From positions 320,001 through 384,000 of the forward strand of contig CAXXTF010000002.1 of assembly GCA_963665775.2 (NCBI GenBank): 64,000 nt of DNA, given 5' to 3'. Positions 41,139-54,910 of this stretch are shown in pieces. This DNA is from Dehalococcoidia bacterium (GTDB lineage Bacteria; Chloroflexota; Dehalococcoidia; SM23-28-2; RBG-16-64-32). Numbering within the stretch: the first letter of the stretch is position 1; each line of letters starts with the position of its first letter. Both the position numbers and the translations under genes were made by a program. Under the pieces are notes generated by a model. That model saw only the letters and a program-made list of their open reading frames with translations. It was not told where the DNA came from and made no database searches.

Positions 41139-41879
41139 CTACGTTGCTGGCGTATCAAAGCGGCTATGGATCACTTTGTACTTGTTCCGTAGTCTCACAA
41201 AGTCCCAGAGCTCTCCGTGCTTCTCGCGAGTGACTATTATGATCCCGGCTTCTTTGAGTTCCTTCACGCCGCGAGTCCATGTGTCCTCAGAGAGTCCATA
41301 CTGCAAGCGCGCCCTGTCGGGTCTGACATGGGCGCCTTGTTCACGATCTTTCTCTCCCACCAGTTCTGACAGAATGAGGAGGAGGGCGATCGCGCGACCT
41401 GAGAGTCGAACGATCCACCCGTTCGTCCAGAACGTAACGGGAAGATTCACCCAGGTGCTCCTTGGGCGGGAGTATGGTTTGCCATCTCCGGTATGACTCC
41501 GTAGGTAGACTCGTCGCGGCCGGCCACGGCGTCGGTTATCTATGGAGATGAGTTTGTGCTGCTGCAACGAAGCAATAGCCTCGCTTACTCGGCGCGCACC
41601 GTTAATTTTAGGGCTAGGGAGGTTGAGCATCTCGGCCCACACCCGTGCCGGCTGGGGCCGAACATCGAATGGATCGCTGGTGGCTAGCAGGTTCATTGAC
41701 AGGAAAAGTTTCAGCCTCACCTCCCCTCCGCGGCCTCCGCGCATCAACGTGGCCAACGGAGGCGGCCGTCCGTCGTCGCGACGGATGAAGTCTTTTGCAA
41801 GGGGGACAACGCTGCGTCTTGATGTAGTAACCACCCAGTGGAGGAGACGGCGACCATCGGTAGTAACGGTGTTTTTCAA
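41139..41879 (-). CDS. Hypothetical protein with two predicted winged-helix domains
   Basis: AAGGAG RBS + TTG; WAEMLNL...ARRVSEAIASLQQHKLI and YGLSEDTWTRGVKELKEAGII...RNKY. Confidence 0.75.
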   Translation of the reverse strand: MKNTVTTDGRRLLHWVVTTSRRSVVPLAKDFIRRDDGRPPPLATLMRGGRGGEVRLKLFLSMNLLATSDPFDVRPQPARVWAEMLNLPSPKINGARRVSEAIASLQQHKLISIDNRRRGRPRRVYLRSHTGDGKPYSRPRSTWVNLPVTFWTNGWIVRLSGRAIALLLILSELVGEKDREQGAHVRPDRARLQYGLSEDTWTRGVKELKEAGIIIVTREKHGELWDFVRLRNKYKVIHSRFDTPAT

Positions 41880-42334
41880 ATTCGTGCTCCTTGTTGCGGG
41901 GGGAGCGGGGCTGCTGTGGTAGTGCTAGGCGTTGCAGGCGTTCCTCGGGTTGCAGGCATTATCGGTCCAATCGAATCCGTTTCCGCCGTCGGCGCCACCG
42001 CAATAGATGCATTGGTTTATTGGTACGCAACGCCAGGATAGTACCGCAACAATAGCATGTTACCCCCTACATATCCTCCTTGCGGTCCCGCCATAAAGGT
42101 GTCGCGGGTGTATTTGACCGGGTACGTTGCCGCCCGATAATAATCATAGACGAAAAGAGGCCTAGGACTGAAGCACCAGCCCTAGGTCTAGATAGATACA
42201 CCGCAGGGATGGGAATCACCTCAGGTGTCTCCGCGCTAATCTCCGATCCGTCTAGCGAACGACTTTTGCGAGCCTATGGATGTCAGGTGGGAGCGGGCCG
42301 CTGGGGTTGGCCTTCGCAGCATCCGAGGAAATCC

Positions 42335-42430
42335 ACTGCTCTCTGGCAGCAGATGGCCGCGATCTATCCGCCCTATAACGACTACCAGGCGCGCACCGAG
42401 CGCGAGATCCCAGTCGTCATTCTGGATCTG
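42335..42430 (+). pseudogene. Deazaflavin-dependent nitroreductase C-terminal fragment
   Basis: [28 protein letters not shown]. Confidence 0.7.
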
Positions 42431-42454
42431 GACCAGTTTGGCGGCGTGCTGTGT

Positions 42455-42625
42455 CTTGACGGTCTGGTGCAGTAGGTCGGGCAACGCGAATAGATCCCGG
42501 GTGCCCTGTAGAAAGAGCATCGGGACGGCGATATTCACTAAGTGAGCGTCTCGGATGCGTTCGGGCTTGCCGGGCGGGTGGAGCGGGTAGCCGAGAAACA
42601 CGAGACCCGAAGATGCCACTCTACA
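42455..42625 (-). pseudogene. Alpha/beta-hydrolase fragment
   Basis: [23 protein letters not shown]...[12 protein letters not shown]. Confidence 0.7.
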
Positions 42626-42706
42626 CCTCCCCGACAGCAAGGATGGCCGTGCTTCAATCGCCCCGCCCGGCACGGAGTCCCGCATGAGAAGCGCTATGCC
42701 GTATGA

Positions 42707-43387
42707 CTACTGGGACGAGCCACTGGACTGGACGATCCGCATGTACGCGCTCACCCCGAGGAGGGCACCAAGAGGCGGGCCAAGCCAGTAAACCCACTGA
42801 TCCTCGAATGTGAAAGTCGCGAGAGCGGGTCCAAGTGAGCGAGCTGGGTTCATTGAGCCACCGGTAAGGGGCCCAGCCAGGATTGCTCCAACGCATACGG
42901 CTCCACCAACTCCGAGAGCGGCAGTTACGGATGAGAGGTCCTGCTTTGAGATGACGATGGCGACGACGAGCGCCAATAGCGCAGTGATGGCGATCTCTAT
43001 AGTTAGCGCCTCTCCCAGCGTGACGGAGGGGACTGTCGCACCGAGCTGGACTTTGTTTCCGGCTAGGATCAGCAACAGGAGACTAGCCGCTACGGCTCCA
43101 CCAATCTGGGACGCGATGTAAGCCGGAATGTCACGGTATCGGAACCTACCGTAGACAGCAAGCGCGAAGCTTATCGCAGGATTAAAGTGAGATCCGGACA
43201 CATGCCTGGTAGCATAGACCATCAACCCAATGGCGAGCCCGAACACGATCCCAATTCCGAGGTTGCCTAAAGGCCAATCTGCTGACCCATCGAGAACGAT
43301 TGCCCCCGTGCCCGCAAACACAAAGGCGAAGGTCCCAAGGAACTCAGCCTGGCAGCGGCGAATTAGGGAATTTGTGCTCAAACGCAA
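42707..43387 (-). CDS. MIP/aquaporin channel
   Basis: AEFLGTF, SGSHFNPA, GGSMNPARS, WVYWLGP; start uncertain. Confidence 0.88.
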   Translation of the reverse strand: MRLSTNSLIRRCQAEFLGTFAFVFAGTGAIVLDGSADWPLGNLGIGIVFGLAIGLMVYATRHVSGSHFNPAISFALAVYGRFRYRDIPAYIASQIGGAVAASLLLLILAGNKVQLGATVPSVTLGEALTIEIAITALLALVVAIVISKQDLSSVTAALGVGGAVCVGAILAGPLTGGSMNPARSLGPALATFTFEDQWVYWLGPPLGALLGVSAYMRIVQSSGSSQ

Positions 43388-43567
43388 TTCTTCAAGCGGC
43401 TCCGGCCGAATCCATCCAAGCTCTTCCCGAATTGGATCAATGCGTGTGGAGACTGTTCGCTACCCCGGATAAAAAGTTAATCCTCCGATCCAAGTGCCAG
43501 CGATCGTCGGGGCTCCTCTGCTCGGCGGACGCAACAGGAGACGACCGTTGCCAGCACCTCGCTGAGA

Positions 43568-45760
<2,193 letters not shown>

Positions 45761-46167
45761 TTATTGACCGGCCCCTATTAACGGGTGAAACGTCTGGTCA
45801 CGCCTCCCGTGCCACGGGTTGGGGCAAACTGTGGTCGCAGCCGTATTTCATACCGCCCTGATTATGACTCTGCCGCTCCGCCAAGTGGCGCATGCAAAGT
45901 GTGGCACCGCAGCTCAGGCACAGAGCTACCGCCGTCAGTTCCTCGCCTCGCTGCGCGCAAACATAACAGTTCACGGTCCGCCGCCTTCTAAGACTAAGTC
46001 TGTGTTTAGAATCTGTGTATCGCGAAGGCTAATGGGGGGGAGGGTGGATGTCAAGGGGTAAACATGGTGAGCCCCTGATTAAGTTATGCTGCGCGATGGT
46101 CGCCAAACCGTTCTGCATATGGCATGATTCGCCGTGAGAAAACGTCCGGAGATCAGGAGTGAACGAG

Positions 46168-47367
46168 ATGGCGAAGATCCTTTGCGTGCTCTATGACGAT
46201 CCGGTGGGTGGCTACCCGACATCGTATTCGCGTGACGACATACCAACGCTTCACCATTACCCAGGTGGACAGACGCTACCGACTCCCGGCGCGATCGACT
46301 TTGTGCCGGGCGAGCTCTTGGGCAGCGTCTCGGGTGGGCTCGGGCTGCGCAAGTTTCTCGAAGGGCTTGGCCACACCCTGGTCGTAACCTCCGACAAGGA
46401 CGGCGCCGATTGCGAGTTCGAACGGGAATTGCCCGATGCGGAAGTCGTCATTTCCCAGCCGTTCTGGCCTGCATATCTGACCGCTGAGCGGATTGCCAGC
46501 GCGCCTAAACTAAAGTTAGCAGTGACCGCTGGCGTTGGCTCTGATCATGTCGACCTGCAGGCTGCGTTGGAAAGGGGCCTCACCGTCGCTGAGGTGACCT
46601 ACTCCAATAGTATCAGCGTGAGCGAGCACGTTGTGATGCTAATCTTGTCGCTTGTGCGAAACTATATCCCCTCCTATCGATGGGTTATAAATGGGGGCTG
46701 GAATATCGCTGACTGCGTCGACAGGTCATACGACCTGGAGGGTATGACAGTCGGAACCGTCGGTGCTGGCCGGATCGGTACAGCTGTCTTGAGGAGGCTG
46801 AAGCCGTTCGACGTCAATCTGCACTACACGGACCGACACCGGCTGCTGGAAGGCGTCGAGCGCGAGCTTCGGCTGACTTTTCATTCCGATGCGGAGTCGA
46901 TGGTGCGTGTCTGCGATGTCGTTACTGTCAACGCCCCGCTTCATCCCGAGACCGAGCATATGTTCAACGACGCCCTTATCGGCAAGATGAAGCGAGGCGC
47001 TTATCTCGTCAATACGGCCCGCGGCAAGATCTGTGACAGGGATGCCGTGGCCAGAGCACTGGAAAGCGGGCAACTTGCCGGGTACGCGGGCGACGTTTGG
47101 TTTCCCCAGCCACCACCGAAGGACCACCCCTGGCGGACAATGCCGAATCACGGCATGACGCCCCACGTATCCGGGACGTCGTTATCGGCGCAGGCCCGCT
47201 ACGCTGCTGGGGTGCGCGAGATCCTGGAATGCTGGTTCGACAGCCGTTCCATCCGCGAAGAGTATTTGATCGTCGACAATGGCAGGTTGGCCGGCGCAGG
47301 AGCTCATTCTTACAGCGCTGGCGACGCTACCCACGGCTCCGAGGAAGCCGAGCGATTCAGGCAATAG
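46168..47367 (+). CDS. fdh: NAD-dependent formate dehydrogenase
   Basis: MAKILCVLYDDP, SQPFWPAY, GAGRIG, GDVWFPQP, TPHVSG. Confidence 0.96.
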   Translation: MAKILCVLYDDPVGGYPTSYSRDDIPTLHHYPGGQTLPTPGAIDFVPGELLGSVSGGLGLRKFLEGLGHTLVVTSDKDGADCEFERELPDAEVVISQPFWPAYLTAERIASAPKLKLAVTAGVGSDHVDLQAALERGLTVAEVTYSNSISVSEHVVMLILSLVRNYIPSYRWVINGGWNIADCVDRSYDLEGMTVGTVGAGRIGTAVLRRLKPFDVNLHYTDRHRLLEGVERELRLTFHSDAESMVRVCDVVTVNAPLHPETEHMFNDALIGKMKRGAYLVNTARGKICDRDAVARALESGQLAGYAGDVWFPQPPPKDHPWRTMPNHGMTPHVSGTSLSAQARYAAGVREILECWFDSRSIREEYLIVDNGRLAGAGAHSYSAGDATHGSEEAERFRQ

Positions 47368-47937
47368 ACCGGGTGAGCGGGCCGACCCGATCGGACTGCT
47401 AGGGCGATCCCGTCGAACCCCATCCATTGTGGGGCGCCAAAACTCCATCCGCGGCGGTGAGGCCGCATCTCGCCGGAGAATAGTTGCCCCAAACGGGCTT
47501 CGCGGCGGCACTGATAATCGCGGTTAACTAAACGATGAGCCGCAACGTTTATATCATTTCTGTCCCTGCGCTCGGCTCCAACTGGAAGGTGCCGGTAGAT
47601 GCTTCGTAGATGCATGTTATGGTGGCACCATCTGACGTGCCGAACCTGCCGTTCTCTGCCGAATCGGTAGCCCTACACCTCACCCGGCAGCGCAGCCTTA
47701 CGTACGCCTAATGACCGTCCTAATGGCGCCAGAAGCGCAACTCATCCAACAAGTGAATCCCGTTGTAGGGCTCCTCTAGCAAACTCCTCACTCGGTCCGA
47801 ATCTCGGCTCATGTGGCTTTGGGTGTCGCTTCTTCATCGTTCAATACACTCCAGTCCTGAGCCTGTGCCCATTCCTGGAATGTATGCCAGCTAGCCTCGG
47901 GTGGGCTTTACGGAGCGTCTCGATGTCGGCGCTGTAT

Positions 47938-48465
47938 TGTGGGGCGCCAAAACCTCATCCGCTATAATCGGCCCTGTGATTACGGTTGTCGGCAGGTAGG
48001 TGTTGCCTCTTGCTCCAGAGCCTTCGTAATTGGCGGAACCGCCTCATGGCGCGTCTCGTCGACCGGCTCGACCTGGTTCTCGAGAACCTTGCGCTGCAGC
48101 ACCAGTTGAGAGTATAGGAACGCGGACGCCGTCTCCAGGGCAGCGATCGCCTTTACTGGTGTCTTCTTTCACGCTTCTGGCTGAGGTGGCGGGAGCCGCT
48201 AATGGTCGTTCAGCCGGCTACTGTCTGGCGCTGGCGCCGGACAGCCTGGTGGCGGCATCTAGGCCAGCGCCTTCACTTGGGCGGAAGGCCGCCGATCGAT
48301 CCAGATCTGCAGGCGCTGATTCAACGGATGGCGGCAGAGAACCGTCTGTGGGGCAGCATGCGCATCGTCGGGGCGTTACGGGCAGCTGGGCTTCAGGGTG
48401 AGCAACTCGACGGTGCGCCGGTACCGCGGAGGCAGCGCGCGACCACTGCCGACGCAGGGTTGGGC
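47938..48465 (+). pseudogene. rve-IS left end with degraded transposase
   Basis: TGTGGGGCGCCAAAACCTCATCCG; DLVLENLAL, VVQPATV, RMAAENRLWGSMRIVG with frameshifts. Confidence 0.8.
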
Positions 48466-48475
48466 GACCGCAGGC

Positions 48476-49285
48476 TCATTCTTCCTGGGCGTCAGGCTTC
48501 GGCGGGCGGATACGAAGGGTCTTGAGGGCGAAAGCAGTGGCCGCCATCGGCGGAGCCGCGCGCCACATGTCGCCCCAAGCGCCGCCCCCCGCCCGGTCGA
48601 GAACGGGTGCTACGTCGCGCAATAGGCGGAACATGGGCCGCACTAGGCCCCCGCTCTGCGAGCGACGCGGCGACTCGCCAGCCGCGATCGCATCCAGCGC
48701 GCCAGCAAGCGCTTTCGTGTCATTGGCCCACTGCGCACGGAAGAGGATCGTCCCGTCTTTGCCTAGAGCGTAGGCAGAGTTGGGTTTTGGACTCAGGGCA
48801 CGGTGGAAAGTGCCGTCGATGTCGTCCACCGCCACTTCGAACTTGAATTCGTGGAGGTCACGTAGCTGTCCCGCGTGCGCCATCTTCTCGTCGAGCGATT
48901 TGGGCTGGGGCACCGCCTTTCCGGGGTGCGCTTCACGGACGTCCACTATCACGAAGCGCACGCGGTCGCCCAAGCGCGCGTGCAGCTCTTTCAGGCCAGG
49001 GGCGGCGCTGTCCGTCACGGGGCAGGTGTAAGAGCCGAAGATCAGCAGCGCCGGTCCGGTCTCGCCGAGATCGGTGGACCGGAAGCGGCCTCCGCCCAAA
49101 GTCGGGAGGTCGAAGTCGGGCACGCGGTCGCCTGGCCCCGGATCATCTCTGCTGTAGTACAGGTCCTTCAACACGAGCGGCAGTGCGAGATGGTCGAAGC
49201 GGTAGCGTTGTCCGACGTCCTGGGAGTCGTCGCTTCGCTTCTGTCCTGAGGTGCCGATGTGAGTCTCGCCAGTTTCCTTTGTCAT
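48476..49285 (-). CDS. Deiodinase-like thioredoxin-fold protein
   Basis: PDFDLPTLGG, FGSYTCP, VREAHPG, PNSAY. Confidence 0.85.
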   Translation of the reverse strand: MTKETGETHIGTSGQKRSDDSQDVGQRYRFDHLALPLVLKDLYYSRDDPGPGDRVPDFDLPTLGGGRFRSTDLGETGPALLIFGSYTCPVTDSAAPGLKELHARLGDRVRFVIVDVREAHPGKAVPQPKSLDEKMAHAGQLRDLHEFKFEVAVDDIDGTFHRALSPKPNSAYALGKDGTILFRAQWANDTKALAGALDAIAAGESPRRSQSGGLVRPMFRLLRDVAPVLDRAGGGAWGDMWRAAPPMAATAFALKTLRIRPPKPDAQEE

Positions 49286-49400
49286 CTTCCAACTCCTTTC
49301 TTGGTCGGGCGTTGTCCTATAGGATTGCCCCCTCCCCTCAATTCTTAGGCTGGGCCGTGACGAGCCGGACGGATCCGGGTCCTTCGCCTCACCCCGAAAC

Positions 49401-50347
49401 GGTTCTGTCAGAACTCAGGGCGTCAATGCCGCGGAGATGGTTCTCGGTTCGTAATCGGGGCTGATTACGCTGCTGCCATCTCCGCCGTCAGCGCCTGCCA
49501 TCTCGATAGGAAGACTCGACGCCTCTCCGACAAAGACATCTGCCCGCCCATTGGCGTGCGGATGCGCAGGTACTGGCGCAGCTCTTCGAACGCCGAGCAG
49601 AAGCGCTTCGCCGACTCCATTCGCTTGAACCCCAGCATGGGGTAGTAGCGCTGTTTGATGGCCCGGTGGTCCTGCTCGATACGATTGTTCAGGTACCGAC
49701 TCTGCCGGTGCAAGACCTTCCCACCCAGTATCCAGCGGATCGCCTTTCCGTAGGCCGGATGCTGGTCAGTGGTGAGGCGCAACGGCTTGTGGGTCGTGAC
49801 GTCGGCCAGCCGCCGTAGAAAGAGACGGGCAGCCGCTCTATCCCTTCGCTCACTCAGCATCGAGTCCAGAAGATTGCCGTCCCGGTCAATGGCGCGGTAC
49901 AGGTAACGCCAACGACCGCCGACCTTCACGTAGGTCTCATCTAGATACCAGGAGAGACCGCTTGTCTGGCCGCGCCGCCGGGTACGCAGTTGTTCGCCCA
50001 GAAGAGGAGCAAACCGGAACTCCCATGCCCGTACCGTCTCGTGTGTGACCTCGTAGCCTCGCTGAAGGAGCGGTTCGGCGACATCGCGGAACCCAAGCTT
50101 GTAGCGTAACCGCCAGAGGACCGCCAACAGGACGATGTCGGTGGGGAACTGGAGGTCGTTGTAGGGCGTACCGGTGCGCTCGTTAAAGCGACGGTGGCAA
50201 GACCTACACGAGAACCTATGGTAGCCTAGGGTGGAGCGGTGCTTCCGTTTGCTGGTTGCTGTCGATCGGCAATGCGGGCAGTTCATGGGTAGCTCCTCTC
50301 CTACATTGAGACAAGCTTACCCCCGCGCCCTGAGTTCTGACAGAACC
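49401..50347 (-). mobile_element. IS6-family element, 947 bp, transposase 49465..50286
   Basis: Both IRs, full 273-aa ORF. Confidence 0.95.
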
Positions 50348-50549
50348 CGTCCAGTCCGGAGGCCAGCATGAGACCGCCGGCCCCGGCAGTGTGGGAGGAG
50401 CCGGACGTACGGGCCGGCTCACATCGCTCAGCCGCCGGCAACGCCTGTCCAGCGCGCCCGGATACGCCCCCGATCACCAGCAGGAGCAATGTGATCGCCG
50501 CAAAGGCGGCAAACAGCAACAGGTAGCTTCTTCTCAGCCTTTTTCCCAT
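50348..50549 (-). pseudogene. Inverted 5' end (signal peptide) of the matrixin-dockerin gene
   Basis: MGKRLRR+TM...ASGLD joins in frame to AMTDESDLVL at 52260 via duplicated GACTGGACG. Confidence 0.8.
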
Positions 50550-51086
50550 ACCCTCTGACACGGGGGATCCGGCAATCCATCTCGTACTGGAAGACGCGTG
50601 GCTTCGGGCGGCATTACTCGCGCTCCAAGATCGCGGCCCAGAAGGCACAAGTTGTTCTGCCCGCCGTAAGGCACCGCCGTCTCCACTCTAATATAACGAG
50701 ACCGAGCGGAAACCGTCCTCGACCTCATGTTCGGCCGCTCATTATATCGTGAATTTCGATCGAGCGCGCCCAATAAGGACCTCGGCAGGCCACCTTCCGA
50801 CCGAAGCGGGACGGAGCCTCGCCCCCAGCGATACGCTAGGGTTCAGCCGGTCCTCCAGTTTTGCGGCCGGACAGGCCATCGGCTGCTACACTACTCCTAG
50901 TGCTGGGCTGGCTACAAAGCTAGTTGACAGGAACCATAGGCGCTGTTTCAATACCTGCGGAGGCCTTTCGGGAAATTAGCGCCCGGGCGAGAGTGTGGGT
51001 GTCGCCCGCGGAGCTGATATTTCGGGGGGGGCAGCGGGACGCCTGAAACCGCCCGAAATAGTTTTGGCGAAGGCCTCTCACAGGGA

Positions 51087-51161
51087 GCGGGCGTAGCTCA
51101 GTGGTAGAGCATCTGCTTCCCAAGCAGAGGGCCGTGGGTTCGATCCCCATCGCCCGCTCCA
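51087..51161 (+). tRNA. tRNA-Gly(CCC)
   Basis: Full cloverleaf GCGGGCG...TCTGC TTCCCAA GCAGA...CGCCCGC T CCA, 75 nt. Confidence 0.97.
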
Positions 51162-51312
51162 AGTACAACTTGGCCGACATCCGGGAACGCTCCGGCTGTC
51201 TGGGATACAATCCATCAGCCTCAACATGGGCGGTGGCAGAGCGGTGCGCGAACGTCCGCCAGATACGGATGAAATGTTGACACCCTATAGCCAGGATGGA
51301 TCTGCTCGGCGC

Positions 51313-52259
51313 GGTTCTGTCAGAACTCAGGGCGCGGGGGTAAGCTTGTCTCAATGTAGGAGAGGAGCTACCCATGAACTGCCCGCATTGCCGATCGACA
51401 ACAACCAGCAAACGGAAGCACCGCTCCACCCTAGGCTACCATAGGTTCTCGTGTAGGTCTTGCCACCGTCGCTTTAACGAGCGCACCGGTACGCCCTACA
51501 ACGACCTCCAGTTCCCCACCGACATCGTCCTGTTGGCGGTCCTCTGGCGGTTACGCTACAAGCTTGGGTTCCGCGATGTCGCCGAACTGCTCCTTCAGCG
51601 AGGCTACGAGGTCACACACGAGACGGTACGGGCATGGGAGTTCCGGTTTGCTCCTCTTCTGGGCGAACAACTGCGTACCCGGCGGCGCGGCCAGACAAGC
51701 GGTCTCTCCTGGTATCTAGATGAGACCTACGTGAAGGTCGGCGGTCGTTGGCGTTACCTGTACCGCGCCATTGACCCGGACGGCAATCTCCTGGACTCGA
51801 TGCTGAGTGAGCGAAGGGATAGAGCGGCTGCCCGTCTCTTTCTACGGCGGCTGGCCGACGTCACGACCCACAAGCCGTTGCGCCTCACCACTGACCAGCA
51901 TCCGGCCTACGGAAAGGCGATCCGCTGGATACTGGGTGGGAAGGTCTTGCACCGGCAGAGTCGGTACCTGAACAATCGTATCGAGCAGGACCACCGGGCC
52001 ATCAAACAGCGCTACTACCCCATGCTGGGGTTCAAGCGAATGGAGTCGGCGAAGCGCTTCTGCTCGGCGTTCGAAGAGCTGCGCCAGTACCTGCGCATCC
52101 GCACGCCAATGGGCGGGCGGATGTCTTTGTCGGAGAGGCGTCGAGTCTTCCTATCGAGATGGCAGGCGCTGACGGCGGAGATGGCAGCAGCGTAATCAGC
52201 CCCGATTACGAACCGAGAACCATCTCCGCGGCATTGGCGCCCTGAGTTCTGACAGAACC
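51313..52259 (+). mobile_element. IS6-family element, 947 bp, transposase 51374..52195
   Basis: Both IRs; inverted near-identical twin of 49401..50347. Confidence 0.95.
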
Positions 52260-53793
<1,534 letters not shown>

Positions 53794-54098
53794 CGGGCTG
53801 TCCTCTGATCGGCCCAGCTGGGCCCTGACCCCCTCGGAGAAGCTGCTCCAGCGCCTGCTCCGCCACATCTCGGCGGGACGCTTTAGGGAACAGTCAACTC
53901 ATTTACGTCTTCCGGCGTCGTGGCCAGCCTACCCCAGGCCTGGGAGCGAGTCTAAAACACCGTCCGGCCCCATCAGTCCCTCGCCTTCTGTTCACCTAAG
54001 AAGAATCGTGCTACTATAGCCTGGCTCGCGTCAGCCGGGCCATGGGGAATTTGATCCATCACTGTATCAGCTAGCTACTCTGCCGAGGATGTCACGCA

Positions 54099-54683
54099 AT
54101 GCCTAATCTGACGTTGGATAGGAATACGACCGCCGTAATAGCGAGCGAGCTGAGCAAGCAGAACGTGGCGAATAGACAGACCGCTCAGGAGCGGAACATC
54201 ATCGGGAACGCGAGGAGAGTGATGGATGCCGCGAGGGCCGCCGGCATCCCCGTAATCCACGTGACGGTTGGCCTCCGCGAGGGCTATCCCGAGGTCAACG
54301 AACGGAACAAGCTGTTCGCCATGATCAAGGATAGGGGCATCCTGAGAGCCGGCAGCGAGGAGATGGAGATCCATGACGGAGTGAAGGCGGCCCCTGACGA
54401 AATCGTGATCAACAAGACAAGAGTCAGCCCCTTCTATGGCACGGAGCTAGAGTCCGTCCTCCGAGCCAGAAACGTAGACACTGTGGTCATCATGGGCATC
54501 GAGACGAACTTCAGTGTGGAGGCGGCAGTCCGTTACGCCGCCGACGCCGATTATCGGGTCATTCTTCTGGAGGACTGCTGCGCCGCCCAACGGCAGGAGG
54601 ATCACGACTGGACTGTTCAGAGCATCCTCTCGCGGCTGGCGGATGTGGCCTCCTCGGAGGACTTCGTGGCCAGTCTTTCGTAG
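54099..54683 (+). CDS. Isochorismatase/cysteine hydrolase family protein
   Basis: ARAAGIPVIHV, KTRVSPFYGTEL, GIETNFSVE, LEDCC. Confidence 0.92.
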   Translation: MPNLTLDRNTTAVIASELSKQNVANRQTAQERNIIGNARRVMDAARAAGIPVIHVTVGLREGYPEVNERNKLFAMIKDRGILRAGSEEMEIHDGVKAAPDEIVINKTRVSPFYGTELESVLRARNVDTVVIMGIETNFSVEAAVRYAADADYRVILLEDCCAAQRQEDHDWTVQSILSRLADVASSEDFVASLS

Positions 54684-54910
54684 CTGGATAGTGGATGAAG
54701 CGGAGACAGTACGGGCCGCGAGGCAACCGCGCTTACACCTTCAGACGGCGTTCTCGAAGGGTAGATCAAAACCCGTCCTGGTCTGAGGGTCGCAGGACTC
54801 TCGCCTATCCGATTGGCTCAGTGCGATGCCGCAGCCGGTGATATCGAGCTAGAACGACCCTACAGCGGCTACATACGCAGCGCTGGCCTCGTGACCAGGG
54901 AGGTGTAACG

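Noticed and set aside
48476-49285. Deiodinase-like protein as a selenoprotein
   Set aside because: Active-site codon is Cys (FGSYTCP), with no in-frame UGA
49401-52259. Composite transposon that imported tRNA-Gly
   Set aside because: The inverted target duplication indicates an in-place inversion, not an insertion
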